Notes: a model not told the origin generated them from the sequence alone. A stretch of 64,000 nucleotides of DNA from Leptospiraceae bacterium (GCA_040217195.1 JAVJNR010000004.1:864001-928000); one strand, 5' to 3'. Shown: positions 39,524 through 50,004, numbered from the stretch's first letter. Numbers and translations: made by a program.

Positions 39524-40726
39524 GTGTCCTATCTTGAATTTATCAAAAAGGAAGTTGGCAACTGGAAAGAAAAAAGCCTGCTTCGCACCCTAAGATATGA
39601 GCCGGACCTTATCGATTTTTCCTCGAATGATTATCTCTGTCTGAACAAAGATGGTAGCCACGGAGCTTTACTTCAGAGTTTAACAGATGCCACCGGAGCT
39701 TTTGCCAATTCCGGCAGCGGAACTAACGTTACAGTCGGAAGCACAGGATCCAGGCTCATTCGCGGCCACTGGCCATCTTTTGAAGAAGCGGAAAGCCAGT
39801 TCAATCAGTGGACCGAGGTTCCCTCCTCGCTGTTATTTCAAAGCGGCTACAGTGCCAACGTTGGAGCTCTATCTGCTCTCACCGGTCCTGGAGATGTGGC
39901 CTTTTGCGATCGCCTCTGCCATGCCAGTCTGCTGGATGGCATCAGGTTATCCGGGGCTCAGAAACAGTATTATGATCACAATGACCTGGATCATCTGGAA
40001 AGTCTGTTAAGGAAAAAACCCTGCAAAAGAAGACGATGGATACTTTGCGAAGGAGTATTCAGCATGGATGGCGATACTCCAGATCTAGACGGATTACTTC
40101 AGTTATGTAAACGATACGATGCAACGCTTTATCTGGATGAGGCCCATAGTCTGGGTTACTATGGATCAGAAAGATCGCCAGGCGCCGGACTGGTTGCTTC
40201 GCTTAGGGAGAAGCTGGATTCGGATTTGTTTTCTTACCTGGTGATCAGTGCGCCCCTGGGCAAGGCCCCCGGAATTATGGGAGCTTTTGTAGCCGGTGAT
40301 GCACTACTAAAGGAATTTCTTGTGAATCGAGCTCGGTCTTTTGTGTTCTCCACGGCTCAACCTCCCTTGCTTGCAGCGATGATCTCCCGGATCCTGGAAA
40401 ATTTCAGAACTCATAAATACGATGAAAGAATCTCTAAACTAAGATCCAATGCTAGTTATTTCCGGGAAAGAGTAGAGCAGCTAGGTCTTGGACTGAATTC
40501 CCAATCCGCTATTGTGCCTGTAGTTCTGGGCCAGGCCGAAACTTGCCTGGAAACGTCTGAGAGCCTGAAGTCCATGGGCATGGATGTAAGGGCTATTCGT
40601 CCACCGACAGTGGCCGAGGGATCCAGCCGGCTGCGAATCACGGTCCATAGCTGCCACACTCAGAAACAGCTGGATAGACTTTTGCAGGGAATTCTACAGA
40701 AGATTCCATCTGATCAGGCGGTTTGA
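39524..40726 (+). CDS. bioF: 8-amino-7-oxononanoate synthase (PLP class II)
   Basis: FSSNDYL, GSTGSRL, HASLLDG, FSMDGD, DEAH, GKA, FVFSTA, AIRPPTV. Confidence 0.85.
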   Translation: MSYLEFIKKEVGNWKEKSLLRTLRYEPDLIDFSSNDYLCLNKDGSHGALLQSLTDATGAFANSGSGTNVTVGSTGSRLIRGHWPSFEEAESQFNQWTEVPSSLLFQSGYSANVGALSALTGPGDVAFCDRLCHASLLDGIRLSGAQKQYYDHNDLDHLESLLRKKPCKRRRWILCEGVFSMDGDTPDLDGLLQLCKRYDATLYLDEAHSLGYYGSERSPGAGLVASLREKLDSDLFSYLVISAPLGKAPGIMGAFVAGDALLKEFLVNRARSFVFSTAQPPLLAAMISRILENFRTHKYDERISKLRSNASYFRERVEQLGLGLNSQSAIVPVVLGQAETCLETSESLKSMGMDVRAIRPPTVAEGSSRLRITVHSCHTQKQLDRLLQGILQKIPSDQAV

Positions 40727-40745
40727 TTGATTTTAAAGGATTCTC

Positions 40746-40775
40746 TTGCCTCGGATTACGAGTTATCCATACAAT
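40746..40775 (+). promoter_or_regulatory. sigma70-type promoter positioned for leaderless mRNA
   Basis: TTGCCT-18bp-TACAAT, 6 nt before ATG 40782; no SD. Confidence 0.5.
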
Positions 40776-40781
40776 TGATTT

Positions 40782-41261
40782 ATGGAAGAACTCCGACAGC
40801 TATTTTCCAGGGCACTTTCCTGGGCAGATGCACATGTCAGTGCTGAAGAAGTCTTAACAGGTTATCCTGCGAATCTCCAGGGTCAGGTGATCCCCGGGCA
40901 GGATTACAGCCCCTATCAATTGCTGGAGCATATGCGCATAGCTCAGGAAGATATTCTGGATTTCAGCCGCAACCCGCAATATAAAAAGCTGGCCTGGCCT
41001 GCAGACTACTGGCCCCGGGAGGTCTCGCCACCTTCCGAGGATTCCTGGGAAAAGTCCGTCCGGGCATTCCTGTTCGATCGAGAAGAGATGGTGCTGTTGA
41101 TTCAGGACCCACGCCAGGATCTGTTTGAGCCACTTGCGCATGGCAGCGGCCAGAGCCTGGCGCGACAGGCCATCCTGCTGGTGGATCACAACGCCTACCA
41201 CCTGGGACAGTTGGCCTTATTTCGTAAAATTCAGGGCGACCAGTCCCGCAGGATTAAATAG
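40782..41261 (+). CDS. DinB family protein
   Basis: LLEHMRIAQ.DIL.F, WP..YWP, DHNAYHLGQ. Confidence 0.88.
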   Translation: MEELRQLFSRALSWADAHVSAEEVLTGYPANLQGQVIPGQDYSPYQLLEHMRIAQEDILDFSRNPQYKKLAWPADYWPREVSPPSEDSWEKSVRAFLFDREEMVLLIQDPRQDLFEPLAHGSGQSLARQAILLVDHNAYHLGQLALFRKIQGDQSRRIK

Positions 41262-41267
41262 TTTCAG

Positions 41268-42308
41268 GTGCCATTCTGGAACGAAAAGAGAGTCCAGGAA
41301 TTCGTAAGCGGACTCGGCGAGGGGGTGCAGGGCGCCACTCTGGAGGAATTCCTGGGATTTATTGCAGGATTGTTTCTGGTCATCTTTGTCATAGTCTGGT
41401 TACAGCGACGGTCTGATTCGTTCAAAAAGAAAAAAGCATGGGAACATAGCAGAGAACTGTTCGAAAGAGAATTGGAAGAACGGATGCTGCCACCTTCTGC
41501 CGTTCAACTTATGGAAGATCTGGCTCATGCAATGGAAAATGCTGACCGGGGATTCGAAATCCACCGATTGTTTCGCGAGCCGTCCGTCTTCGATAGATAT
41601 GCAAACTGGCTCATAGAAGATGATGCAGATCTGCGCAGACCACTTCGACTACTAAAACCCATTCTCGGATTGGGACATGGATTCAGCGGTCAAAGTGTTC
41701 TTTCCACCGAGGAAATTCCTGCCGGTCAGTGGATTACTTTAATTCTGAAAGATACATGGACCGCCCGGGCCCAGGTCCTTGCGAACGATGCAAAATCCCT
41801 CCGGGTTCAGTGCCAGGACCTCAGCCAGTCTGATATCAATTCAACAATTAGTTCTGTAACCATTCAATGGGAAAGAAAAGGAATTCTACATGAAAGCAAA
41901 TGCAGAATGAAAACGGAGTCCCATCATACCCGATCTGCTACCACACCGGCCATTTTGCATCTTCAGCATTCCGATGAAGTAAAAAAGCTTCATCGCCGCA
42001 AATTCATTCGCGCTTCCTGCGATCTTGCCGGTACGTTGCAGGGAAAAAGGATTCGAATTCGAAATATTGGTGGAGGCGGATTTATGAGCACAGATGCTGA
42101 TGTTTCGGATTTAGACTCTTTATCCGAAGGGCCTTCAGTGCTTGTATGCAAGATTGACCTGGTAGGTAGAATCATAGAATGCAGTGTTCGGTATCTTGAA
42201 AGTTCAGCCCTGGGCCAGCATTTCGCTTTTGAAAGAATCCGTCCAGGGGATCAGGACAGGATTGTACACTTCGTACTGGAACAGTCGCAGATTGATTCGG
42301 AGCACTAA
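41268..42308 (+). CDS. Membrane-anchored PilZ domain protein (YcgR-like)
   Basis: N-terminal TM; RRKFIR and NIGGGG PilZ motifs. Confidence 0.8.
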   Translation: MPFWNEKRVQEFVSGLGEGVQGATLEEFLGFIAGLFLVIFVIVWLQRRSDSFKKKKAWEHSRELFERELEERMLPPSAVQLMEDLAHAMENADRGFEIHRLFREPSVFDRYANWLIEDDADLRRPLRLLKPILGLGHGFSGQSVLSTEEIPAGQWITLILKDTWTARAQVLANDAKSLRVQCQDLSQSDINSTISSVTIQWERKGILHESKCRMKTESHHTRSATTPAILHLQHSDEVKKLHRRKFIRASCDLAGTLQGKRIRIRNIGGGGFMSTDADVSDLDSLSEGPSVLVCKIDLVGRIIECSVRYLESSALGQHFAFERIRPGDQDRIVHFVLEQSQIDSEH

Positions 42309-42487
42309 CTTTAGGAAACCTGAGTTAGAGCCGGTTCGCAATTACATATCGATCCGATAGGAATGACCCATGGCTCTGTTTTTGTTCATTTTTTGTCCTT
42401 GGTTAACTGCTTGAAAATTGCGGGCCAGCAAGGACGCTGGTGAAGGTTTCTTATTCTCCGCATGAATTGCATGCGAACCAACGCAAA

Positions 42488-43432
42488 ATGAACCACTATC
42501 AACAACCGACGCTGGATAAGAATTTCTTTGAAGGTCTTCCTGTAGGCATTCTAATTTGCGGCCGGGACGGCCGGATTCGCGAGAGCAATTCCGTAATAAG
42601 TCATATTTTTGGGTACTCCGCCGAAGAGCTGAAAGGCCAGCCACTGTCCATGCTCCTTGCAGACTCCATCCGAAATATGCATGAAAGGCTGGTAGATAGC
42701 TTTTTTGAGCATCCCACCAGCAAACTCATGGAAAATGGACGAGTACTCACCGGAAAACACAGAGATGGAACTGAACTATACCTTAATATTGGCCTTTCCT
42801 TTCGCAGGCATGGAAACGACATCGAGGCCATCGCATCCGTAAGCAATGTAACAAAACGGATTGAGGCAGAACGAAAAAGCGAAAGAGACCGAAACTTGCT
42901 AAATGAGATTCGCGAGCTGATGCTTCTCCACCTCAAGGATCCGGATTCGAACGAAATATATTACAGAATGCTATCTACGTTTCTTCGGTACTCGAATAGT
43001 CCAATGGGCTTCATAGGAGAACTGGTCACGACCAAAGATAAGTTGTCCATTCGAGCCATCACGGACATCTCCTGGGATGATTGGTCCAAAGAATGGCTGC
43101 AGGGAGTTGAAAATGGAAATTCCATGTTTGAAAGAATGGAAAGCCTGTACGGAACGGCCATCCGAACCGGCCAACCTGTGATCGCAAACGAGGGAATCGC
43201 GGATCATCGCTCCAGTGGCCTTCTGCCAGAGGGGCATAACCCAATTGAACGATTTATCGGAGTGCCTTTGACCTACCAGGGTCGTACCATAGCCATAGCC
43301 GCTGCAGCGAATAGCAGTCATCCCTACTCAGAGGATCTACTGCATGACATGAAAGCGTTGACTGAGGCAATGGCCGGAATTATGCCGGTCGACAGGACCG
43401 TCGCAAATCCCTGGAATCCAGAAATGAGTTGA
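42488..43432 (+). CDS. PAS-GAF sensor segment (probable 5' part of a frameshifted hybrid kinase)
   Basis: PAS (FGYSAEELKGQ, HRDG); GAF (GLLPEGH.PIERFIGVP, AAAN). Confidence 0.75.
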   Translation: MNHYQQPTLDKNFFEGLPVGILICGRDGRIRESNSVISHIFGYSAEELKGQPLSMLLADSIRNMHERLVDSFFEHPTSKLMENGRVLTGKHRDGTELYLNIGLSFRRHGNDIEAIASVSNVTKRIEAERKSERDRNLLNEIRELMLLHLKDPDSNEIYYRMLSTFLRYSNSPMGFIGELVTTKDKLSIRAITDISWDDWSKEWLQGVENGNSMFERMESLYGTAIRTGQPVIANEGIADHRSSGLLPEGHNPIERFIGVPLTYQGRTIAIAAAANSSHPYSEDLLHDMKALTEAMAGIMPVDRTVANPWNPEMS

Positions 43433-44985
43433 TAGCACAGGAAAGGCGATTTCGCTCTCTGGTGGAAAATGCACGAGACCTGATCGGTGTTTTCGATATG
43501 AATAACCGGTTGCAGTATTCGACTCCGGCACAACAGGCATTGCTGGGGTTCAGCCATGATGACCTGGTGGGCCTGGATGCATCGCAATTAGTCCATCCCG
43601 ATGACAGGCCGCGGGTGGAAAGGTTTCTTGAACAATTAATCAGTGGTGATCCAATACCTCCGGATATCAGATACCGGTACCAGCATAAAGACGGCACCTA
43701 CCGAATCCTGGAAGGGACCTTTCGCATAGACTATGATATGGCAGAGGAACCTATGATTGTAGTCAATGCCAAAGATATCACAGAACTGGAATACTATCAG
43801 ACCTCCCTGTTGCGAACAGTGGCCAACCTGCAAAGTGAATCAGCTGCCAAAAACCGGTTCATGGCCAAGCTGAGTCATGAAATTCGCACGCCTCTAAATG
43901 CCATTCTGGGACTTACAGATCTGCTTCTGCGAGAAAATATGGATGCAGAGCATGAGCAATTGTTGAAGGTAATACATTCATCCGGCGACACATTGTTGCG
44001 ATTGCTCAATGATTTACTCGAGGCTACCCAACTTGAAACCGAAGAGCTAAATCTTCGCATGGAACCGCTGCGACTGAAAGATACGCTGGAGCATACACTT
44101 CTAGCCTATCAATACAATGCCCTTAGATATAATTGCAAGTTCGAATTTGAAATCTCCGAAGAACTACCAGCCCGGGCCATAGGGGATGCAGGTAGAATCA
44201 AACAAATGGTTACCAACCTGGTCTCCAATGCCATCAAATACGCTGAAGGAGGCTACATACTGGTTGGTGTTGAGCCTGTACCATCCAGGCGAAATGATCA
44301 TATTCGTTTAAGAATGTGTATTTCAGACACAGGGCCAGGTGTTCCGGCCAACGAGCAGGAAAATATATTCCGGATATTCTCAAGAGTCAGACGCCCGGGG
44401 GACGATGTGGTTCCGGGCGTAGGCCTGGGGCTATATATTGTACACCAGCTCACCGGAAAAATGGACGGATCGGTAAACGTGGTTTCACCTTCCAGGTTTC
44501 TCAGAGAAGAATATCCTGAATGCGTGGGAACCGATTTCATTCTGGAGCTGGAGTTAAGAAAATCTGCTGAAGGTCCTGACATTGACGATGAGTCGGCGCC
44601 CGAGGAACCCAGATTCGAAGAAATACCAAGGATTCTAGTAGCAGAGGAAAATCCATCCAATCAGATTCTAATGGAGCGAATGCTGGCAGATATGAATTGC
44701 TCGGTTAGAATTGTACCCGATGGAGATACGGCCTGCAAGCAGGCCACCTCGGAACACTATGATTTAATCATTCTGGATATAAATATGCCGGGGCTTAACG
44801 GTTTCGAGGCTGCAAGAGTAATCCGGAGCGCCAACTCAGATGTACCCATTATTGCACTTTCTGCAGCTGCCGAAGACCCTAGCGAAGAAAAGCTGCACGC
44901 AGCCGGAATGACCCTTTACCTGGTCAAACCTGTGTGGCAAACCAGTCTTTACAAAGTGATCCGGGAACTCACCGGAAAGCACTGA
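43429..44985 (+). CDS. PAS-HisKA-HATPase-REC hybrid kinase (probable 3' part of frameshifted gene)
   Basis: SHEIRTPLN, NLVSNAIKY, DTGPG, GVGLGL, LDINMP; weak TTG start. Confidence 0.85.
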   Translation: MIAQERRFRSLVENARDLIGVFDMNNRLQYSTPAQQALLGFSHDDLVGLDASQLVHPDDRPRVERFLEQLISGDPIPPDIRYRYQHKDGTYRILEGTFRIDYDMAEEPMIVVNAKDITELEYYQTSLLRTVANLQSESAAKNRFMAKLSHEIRTPLNAILGLTDLLLRENMDAEHEQLLKVIHSSGDTLLRLLNDLLEATQLETEELNLRMEPLRLKDTLEHTLLAYQYNALRYNCKFEFEISEELPARAIGDAGRIKQMVTNLVSNAIKYAEGGYILVGVEPVPSRRNDHIRLRMCISDTGPGVPANEQENIFRIFSRVRRPGDDVVPGVGLGLYIVHQLTGKMDGSVNVVSPSRFLREEYPECVGTDFILELELRKSAEGPDIDDESAPEEPRFEEIPRILVAEENPSNQILMERMLADMNCSVRIVPDGDTACKQATSEHYDLIILDINMPGLNGFEAARVIRSANSDVPIIALSAAAEDPSEEKLHAAGMTLYLVKPVWQTSLYKVIRELTGKH

Positions 44986-45053
44986 TGAAAAGAACAGGCA
45001 GAAATTAAATTTCTTTTTGCCGCCCATGACCTAATCTGGAGTCCTAATACAAT

Positions 45054-47636
45054 ATGGCTCTCAGGCGCTCAAGCTTGCTCATTTTTGCACTGGGCCTCTT
45101 TTCATTGTTCCTCACCTGCGATCGAAATCCATCGCACCGACCCAGGGCCAGTCAAGGTAGTATCGATTTTTCCGGGTACTCTTTTTCGGACTCGGGGCCG
45201 GTAGAGCTACGTGGCGAATGGATTTTCGTATGGAATGAATTACCAGACGTAGGTTCGCTGCCGGACTTTCTCAGACATTTTGCCCGAGGTTCCGACCAGA
45301 CGCCAGGCACAGTTACCTATATGGAGCTCCCGGGACGATGGAATGGGCAGTCCACCGGAGAATCCAGAGCATCGGCAACTGGCTTCGCCACTTATTTACT
45401 GCGATTCGAAGGACTGAGTTCCAGCGATATGGAAAGGTTGGCCTTTCGCATGAAGGATGCGCTTACCGCTTACAAAGTTTACATTGTGGAAGATGGACAG
45501 GAGCATGGGCCCGTAATGAGCAATGGAGTAGTAGGCACTTCCGTAGAAAGCTCCGTTCCGCAGCACCTACCACTTGTTTCTCCATTACCATCCGAGCTTT
45601 CCAGTGGATGGATTGTGTGGCAGATTTCCAATTTCCATGACGGAATAGGTGGCCCCATCTATCCGCTAATTCTGGGTACAGAAAAGGATCTTCTGAAGCA
45701 AAGAGAAAACAAGAGGTCCCGGGATTTTCTTGTTCTGGGTGTACTGCTTGTTATGTCCCTGTATCATTTTGCACTCTTCGCACAGAGGCAGGAAGACCGG
45801 GCCAGTCTCTGGTTTGCCATTTTCAACGCCACAATCACTCTACGAATGCTTCTGACTGAAAAATACATCCAGGGTTGGTTTCCGGAACCCGACGAACAGG
45901 CTTTCGAATGGATGATGAAGTTCGATTATGGGACTGCATTTATCGCGGTGCCGGTTTTCTTTGCCTTTCTGCAGAGTGTATTTTTCTGGAGACCATCTGT
46001 ATACCTGCAAAAGCCAGTCTGGATTGTAGCATCTCTATTTCTGTTATCTCTATCGTTTCCTCAAAGAGTGTACGGACCCTACTCTACTTACTATTTCGTA
46101 TGGGCATTATTTTTGTGTATCTGGATGATGGTGGCCATCCTTCTTGCGGTGCGCAACCGAGAGATGGGAGCCAGCGCAAGTTTTGCAGGTCTTCTCGCTT
46201 TACTGGGGGGCGGGATTAACGATGCCCTTCTTGCAGACGGATTAATATCCAGCACCTATCTACTGCCCTATGCATTTATCTTCTTTGTAATTGCTCAGAG
46301 CTACATACTGGTTCGCAGGTTCACCCATGCCTATCATACTGCGGAGCATCTGTCCGAGCATCTGCAGAGGGAAGTGGCTCATCAAACAAGTGAGCTGGAA
46401 GGTCAGAATCAGAAGCTGGCAGAAATCACAAGACAACGCACTCTATTCTTTCAGAATATTTCGCATGAGCTTCGCACCCCGTTGACATTGATTTTCGGTC
46501 TTCTTGAAAGTGTTTCCCAGGGTGAGTACGGATCTATTTCGGAACAGTTAAAACGACCGGTTGCATCTATGCAGAAGAATGCAAGGCAGTTGTTGCGTTT
46601 AATCAACCAGTTACTGGACCTTTCTCGCATCGAAGCCGGGCAGGTAAGACTGAACCTGGAAGCAGTAAATGTGAGTCGACTGCTTCAGGAAATGACCGAT
46701 TCCTACTATGAAACAGCCCGTAGAAAATCTATAGATCTAAAGACCAGTATTGCCCCGGATCTATTCGCCTCTGCAGATCCGGAAAAGCTGGAAAAGGTAT
46801 TCTATAATCTCATGTCCAATGCAATGAAGTTCACTCCTTCGCATGGAGAGGTTAATGTGGATTTGTATCAGGACCAGGATAGACTCATTATCTCTATTTC
46901 CGATTCGGGACCGGGTATCAATGATCTGGATCGGGAAAGAATTTTTCAAAGATTCTTTCAGGTGCAGGGTCCGCGAATCCAATTTCAGGAAGGCACCGGT
47001 ATAGGACTGTCCATTGTTAAAGAGTTCGTGGAGCTACATGGAGGCTCCCTGGATCTTGAATCCAACCCGGACAGGGGATCCAAATTTACTGTATCAATGC
47101 AGAGCCTCATCCCGGATTCAGAGCTGAAGGAATCCAGCTACAGGCTCAGTCTGTATCGTGGGGATCAAGAGTTCGAATATCTAGAACGGGAAGTGGCCGA
47201 AAAATCAACCCGGGATACGGGAGCAGAACCTGAAGAGCCCAAAGCCACGATCCTGGTAGTTGAAGACAGCGAGGACATGCGAAACTTCATTTCCCATGTT
47301 CTGGGAGCCAAATACAGAATCATTCTTGCAGAGAACGGGCAGCAGGGTCTGGAAATGACGAGAATGCATAAGCCGGATCTGCTTCTAAGCGATATTATGA
47401 TGCCAGTACTGGACGGGCCGGCTATGATTGCAGAGATTAAATCCGACCAGAGTTTAAAGCACATCCCCTGCGCCTTGCTTTCAGCGCGGCTGGATATAGA
47501 AAATGATACTGGAACAGAATCTGACCTGGCGGATTTCTTCCTGGCAAAACCATTTCAGCCAGTGGAACTGCGGGAGGCGGTGGCAAGCTTCCTGAATTCG
47601 ATACCGGATTCGGGCATTCTGAATTCCCGGGACTAA
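45054..47636 (+). CDS. 7TM-DISM hybrid histidine kinase
   Basis: LRGEW, GFATY, ISNF; 7 TM; SHELRTPL, DSGPG, GTGIGL; REC VEDS...SDIMMP...KPF. Confidence 0.92.
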   Translation: MALRRSSLLIFALGLFSLFLTCDRNPSHRPRASQGSIDFSGYSFSDSGPVELRGEWIFVWNELPDVGSLPDFLRHFARGSDQTPGTVTYMELPGRWNGQSTGESRASATGFATYLLRFEGLSSSDMERLAFRMKDALTAYKVYIVEDGQEHGPVMSNGVVGTSVESSVPQHLPLVSPLPSELSSGWIVWQISNFHDGIGGPIYPLILGTEKDLLKQRENKRSRDFLVLGVLLVMSLYHFALFAQRQEDRASLWFAIFNATITLRMLLTEKYIQGWFPEPDEQAFEWMMKFDYGTAFIAVPVFFAFLQSVFFWRPSVYLQKPVWIVASLFLLSLSFPQRVYGPYSTYYFVWALFLCIWMMVAILLAVRNREMGASASFAGLLALLGGGINDALLADGLISSTYLLPYAFIFFVIAQSYILVRRFTHAYHTAEHLSEHLQREVAHQTSELEGQNQKLAEITRQRTLFFQNISHELRTPLTLIFGLLESVSQGEYGSISEQLKRPVASMQKNARQLLRLINQLLDLSRIEAGQVRLNLEAVNVSRLLQEMTDSYYETARRKSIDLKTSIAPDLFASADPEKLEKVFYNLMSNAMKFTPSHGEVNVDLYQDQDRLIISISDSGPGINDLDRERIFQRFFQVQGPRIQFQEGTGIGLSIVKEFVELHGGSLDLESNPDRGSKFTVSMQSLIPDSELKESSYRLSLYRGDQEFEYLEREVAEKSTRDTGAEPEEPKATILVVEDSEDMRNFISHVLGAKYRIILAENGQQGLEMTRMHKPDLLLSDIMMPVLDGPAMIAEIKSDQSLKHIPCALLSARLDIENDTGTESDLADFFLAKPFQPVELREAVASFLNSIPDSGILNSRD

Positions 47637-47732
47637 GGGTTTCGTCTCCTCAACCACCAGGGGGTTCTGGATCAATCTCGGAATAGTCAATAGATCCAGA
47701 GCCGTATGAAGCCTCCGATCTGAATTTCAGAC

Positions 47733-47933
47733 TCAGGACTCTACTAGTTCCTGAGAAATTCCCTCCAGCGCTGCCGCAATTTGCTCTAGATGCTGATAAG
47801 AAGTGGCTGAGCTCTCTGAACGGAGGTCCGAACGAATGGCTCCGATGGTATCTTCAATAAAAGAAAGAATTCCATACACTGGTTCCTGACGGGCTATTAG
47901 ATCCCGAATAAGTTTGATATTCTGTTCGTACAT
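47733..47933 (-). CDS. Small helical hypothetical protein (66 aa)
   Basis: ATG 47933 with AGGA upstream; amphipathic MYEQNIKLIRDLI... Confidence 0.5.
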   Translation of the reverse strand: MYEQNIKLIRDLIARQEPVYGILSFIEDTIGAIRSDLRSESSATSYQHLEQIAAALEGISQELVES

Positions 47934-48126
47934 ATTCTTGAAAGTCCTTACTGATTCCGGGTATTGTGAGGAAGCAGCCCAGAAACGCAATTTCTTTCTG
48001 ATATAAAAGGAGTATACAATCTAATACAAAGGCATTATCCGCTGAGCCGTTTCAGCGAGAGTTAGCGGGGATGGTCTGGAGCAAAGCACCTCTGGCTGCG
48101 AATATGTCCCATATTCTACACAGAAG

Positions 48127-48153
48127 GAGCCCCCCGGTTGCGGTAGGGGGCTC
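48127..48153 (-). terminator. Terminator hairpin after the 73-aa gene
   Basis: GAGCCCCC/GGGGGCTC stem directly after the stop codon. Confidence 0.6.
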
Positions 48154-48375
48154 TTATTGCTGACTCAGACGAATTATATTCTCTCGCTGCAGCTCGCTTA
48201 CCTGGCCCTGGAATTTACTATCTTCTCTCACAACCTCGCCCTGGAAGGCCTCCAGCAGGTATTGATCGAAGCTCTTTTCCGAATTCGCTGTGGAAGGTGC
48301 ATCAACACCTTGCCCGGCAAGTGGCTCTCTCTTCTTTTTCTGATACAGTGGGCTTTCTAGTTTTCTTACAATCAT
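48154..48375 (-). CDS. Small hypothetical protein (73 aa), resembles a conserved leptospiral family
   Basis: Strong SD GAGGAGG; MIVR.L...F..YL.EAFQGEVV pattern recalled from Leptospira small proteins. Confidence 0.75.
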   Translation of the reverse strand: MIVRKLESPLYQKKKREPLAGQGVDAPSTANSEKSFDQYLLEAFQGEVVREDSKFQGQVSELQRENIIRLSQQ

Positions 48376-48780
48376 TTTCAGCCTCCTCTCTCTCCTATCA
48401 TTTGACGGATTTTATGCCAAATAGTTTATGTCCCATTATGGTGCATAGCACAAAAAACCCGGTCATAATACCATGTTATTGTCTCTTTGAAATTTAGTCA
48501 ATACTGAACAAAAGTCAAGCTGTTTTCGATCCCCGCAACCCGGATGTCCTTCAACTGAGCCTTTCGCCTTCAGTGCAACCTTCATTCTGTAATCACTATA
48601 ATACCGGACCGTGACATATTTCTGGATGTTGCCTCATTTTTTACATTTTTTCTAGAGCTCGGTTTTCTCCCCATTTTCTACCGATTCGCAAACCGCTCCT
48701 GTGAAAAGAGCGTCAATTCCTGGGCGCTCCTGAGGATAGGATTGGAGGGTTTCTTCTTTAAAGCCGAAGATATACATGAG

Positions 48781-50004
48781 ATGAAAAAAGTCTGGATTCT
48801 CTGCCTGGCCCTATTTCTTGCCAGCCTGCCTGCCCTGAAGTCCGAGGAAACCGGTGAGCCATCCGGAAGCCCTCGAAAGGCTTTTATTGTTCGGGCCCAT
48901 GTGATTTCCGTGGGACCGGAATCTGCCGTCGTTGAAGTGAGAGGCAAAGCCAGAGAAGACCTGGCCTCAACTACAGATAGTCAGGTGGAACAGTATTTCT
49001 TGAATAAGGAATGGTCCCTGCGTAACGGCAATGGAGCGGAGATCGGACGATTTCTTTGTACCAGGGTGCTGGTAACCGGCGGCGGCTATCGATTATTTGG
49101 ACTGCATAGAAGCACGGGATTAAGTCCTGGTCCGCTTTACATGGGTATTCAACTAGGTGAGGAAGTGAGCTATCAGCCCTACAGGCCGCCGGTGGACTAT
49201 AGGCTTCCCCAGCCTGATATCAAAACATCTCTAAAACATCCGGTGGATGGAAAGTCCATGCACTACATCCCGGAGGACCTGCTTGTGTATGGCCAGGGCT
49301 ACGACTCATCCAGGTCCAACTACAATCCATTCTTTTTCCACAGATCGGAGGCCAGAATGCCTCGAATCCATGGTTTCTATATGGACCGAACGGAAGTAAC
49401 CAATGCAGAGTACTTCCGATTTTGCCAGAAAGCAGGCCATCCACTGCCGGCTTCCTGGAAAGAAAGGGGCAGCTATCCGCCAGGAACGGCTGACCTGGCC
49501 TTCAGCGAAGCCAGCTATTCCGATGCTCGGGCCTATGCAAGATGGGCCGGCAAACGTCTGCCCACGGAGTTGGAATGGGAACTGGCAGCTCGAGGAGGTC
49601 TCAGCGTGCTAATCGATGATAGTGGACCTTCCAGCTTGAATAATCGTCCCAGAGACTATCCTATGGGCCCCTATGATCAGGACAAATGCAATACCAAAGA
49701 GCGATGGTCCGGTTCTCCGAGACTGCTTCCGGCCGAATCCTTGCAGGATGCCAGCCCGTACGGAATCATCGGAATGTGCGGCAATGCACCGGAATGGACC
49801 TCCAGCTACTATGAACCGTATCCTGGACATCGATTCCAGAAGGGTAACTCCAGAGACTACAGCGGGCATCTATTTCATGTAATTCGTGGAGGTGCCTATT
49901 ACCTGCCCTCGGAGATGGCACGCACCGATGCACGACATCCAGCAGGATACCCATCCCCCTCATCAGACGCAAAGGCGGGGATTCGTCTGGTAATGGATCC
50001 ATGA
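48781..50004 (+). CDS. Exported FGE-sulfatase (SUMF1/EgtB/PvdO-like) domain protein
   Basis: Signal peptide; FYMDRTEVTN.EY, KRLPTELEWE.AARG, GMCGNA.EW, RGGAY. Confidence 0.88.
   Translation: MKKVWILCLALFLASLPALKSEETGEPSGSPRKAFIVRAHVISVGPESAVVEVRGKAREDLASTTDSQVEQYFLNKEWSLRNGNGAEIGRFLCTRVLVTGGGYRLFGLHRSTGLSPGPLYMGIQLGEEVSYQPYRPPVDYRLPQPDIKTSLKHPVDGKSMHYIPEDLLVYGQGYDSSRSNYNPFFFHRSEARMPRIHGFYMDRTEVTNAEYFRFCQKAGHPLPASWKERGSYPPGTADLAFSEASYSDARAYARWAGKRLPTELEWELAARGGLSVLIDDSGPSSLNNRPRDYPMGPYDQDKCNTKERWSGSPRLLPAESLQDASPYGIIGMCGNAPEWTSSYYEPYPGHRFQKGNSRDYSGHLFHVIRGGAYYLPSEMARTDARHPAGYPSPSSDAKAGIRLVMDP

Noticed and set aside
48030..48100. Possible lysine or c-di-GMP riboswitch (AGAGGTGC on minus, TAGCGGGG on plus)
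   Set aside because: Other conserved elements are absent
48400..48425. sigma54-like site (TTGGCATAAAATCCGT) upstream of the 73-aa gene
   Set aside because: The -12 position reads GT rather than the invariant GC
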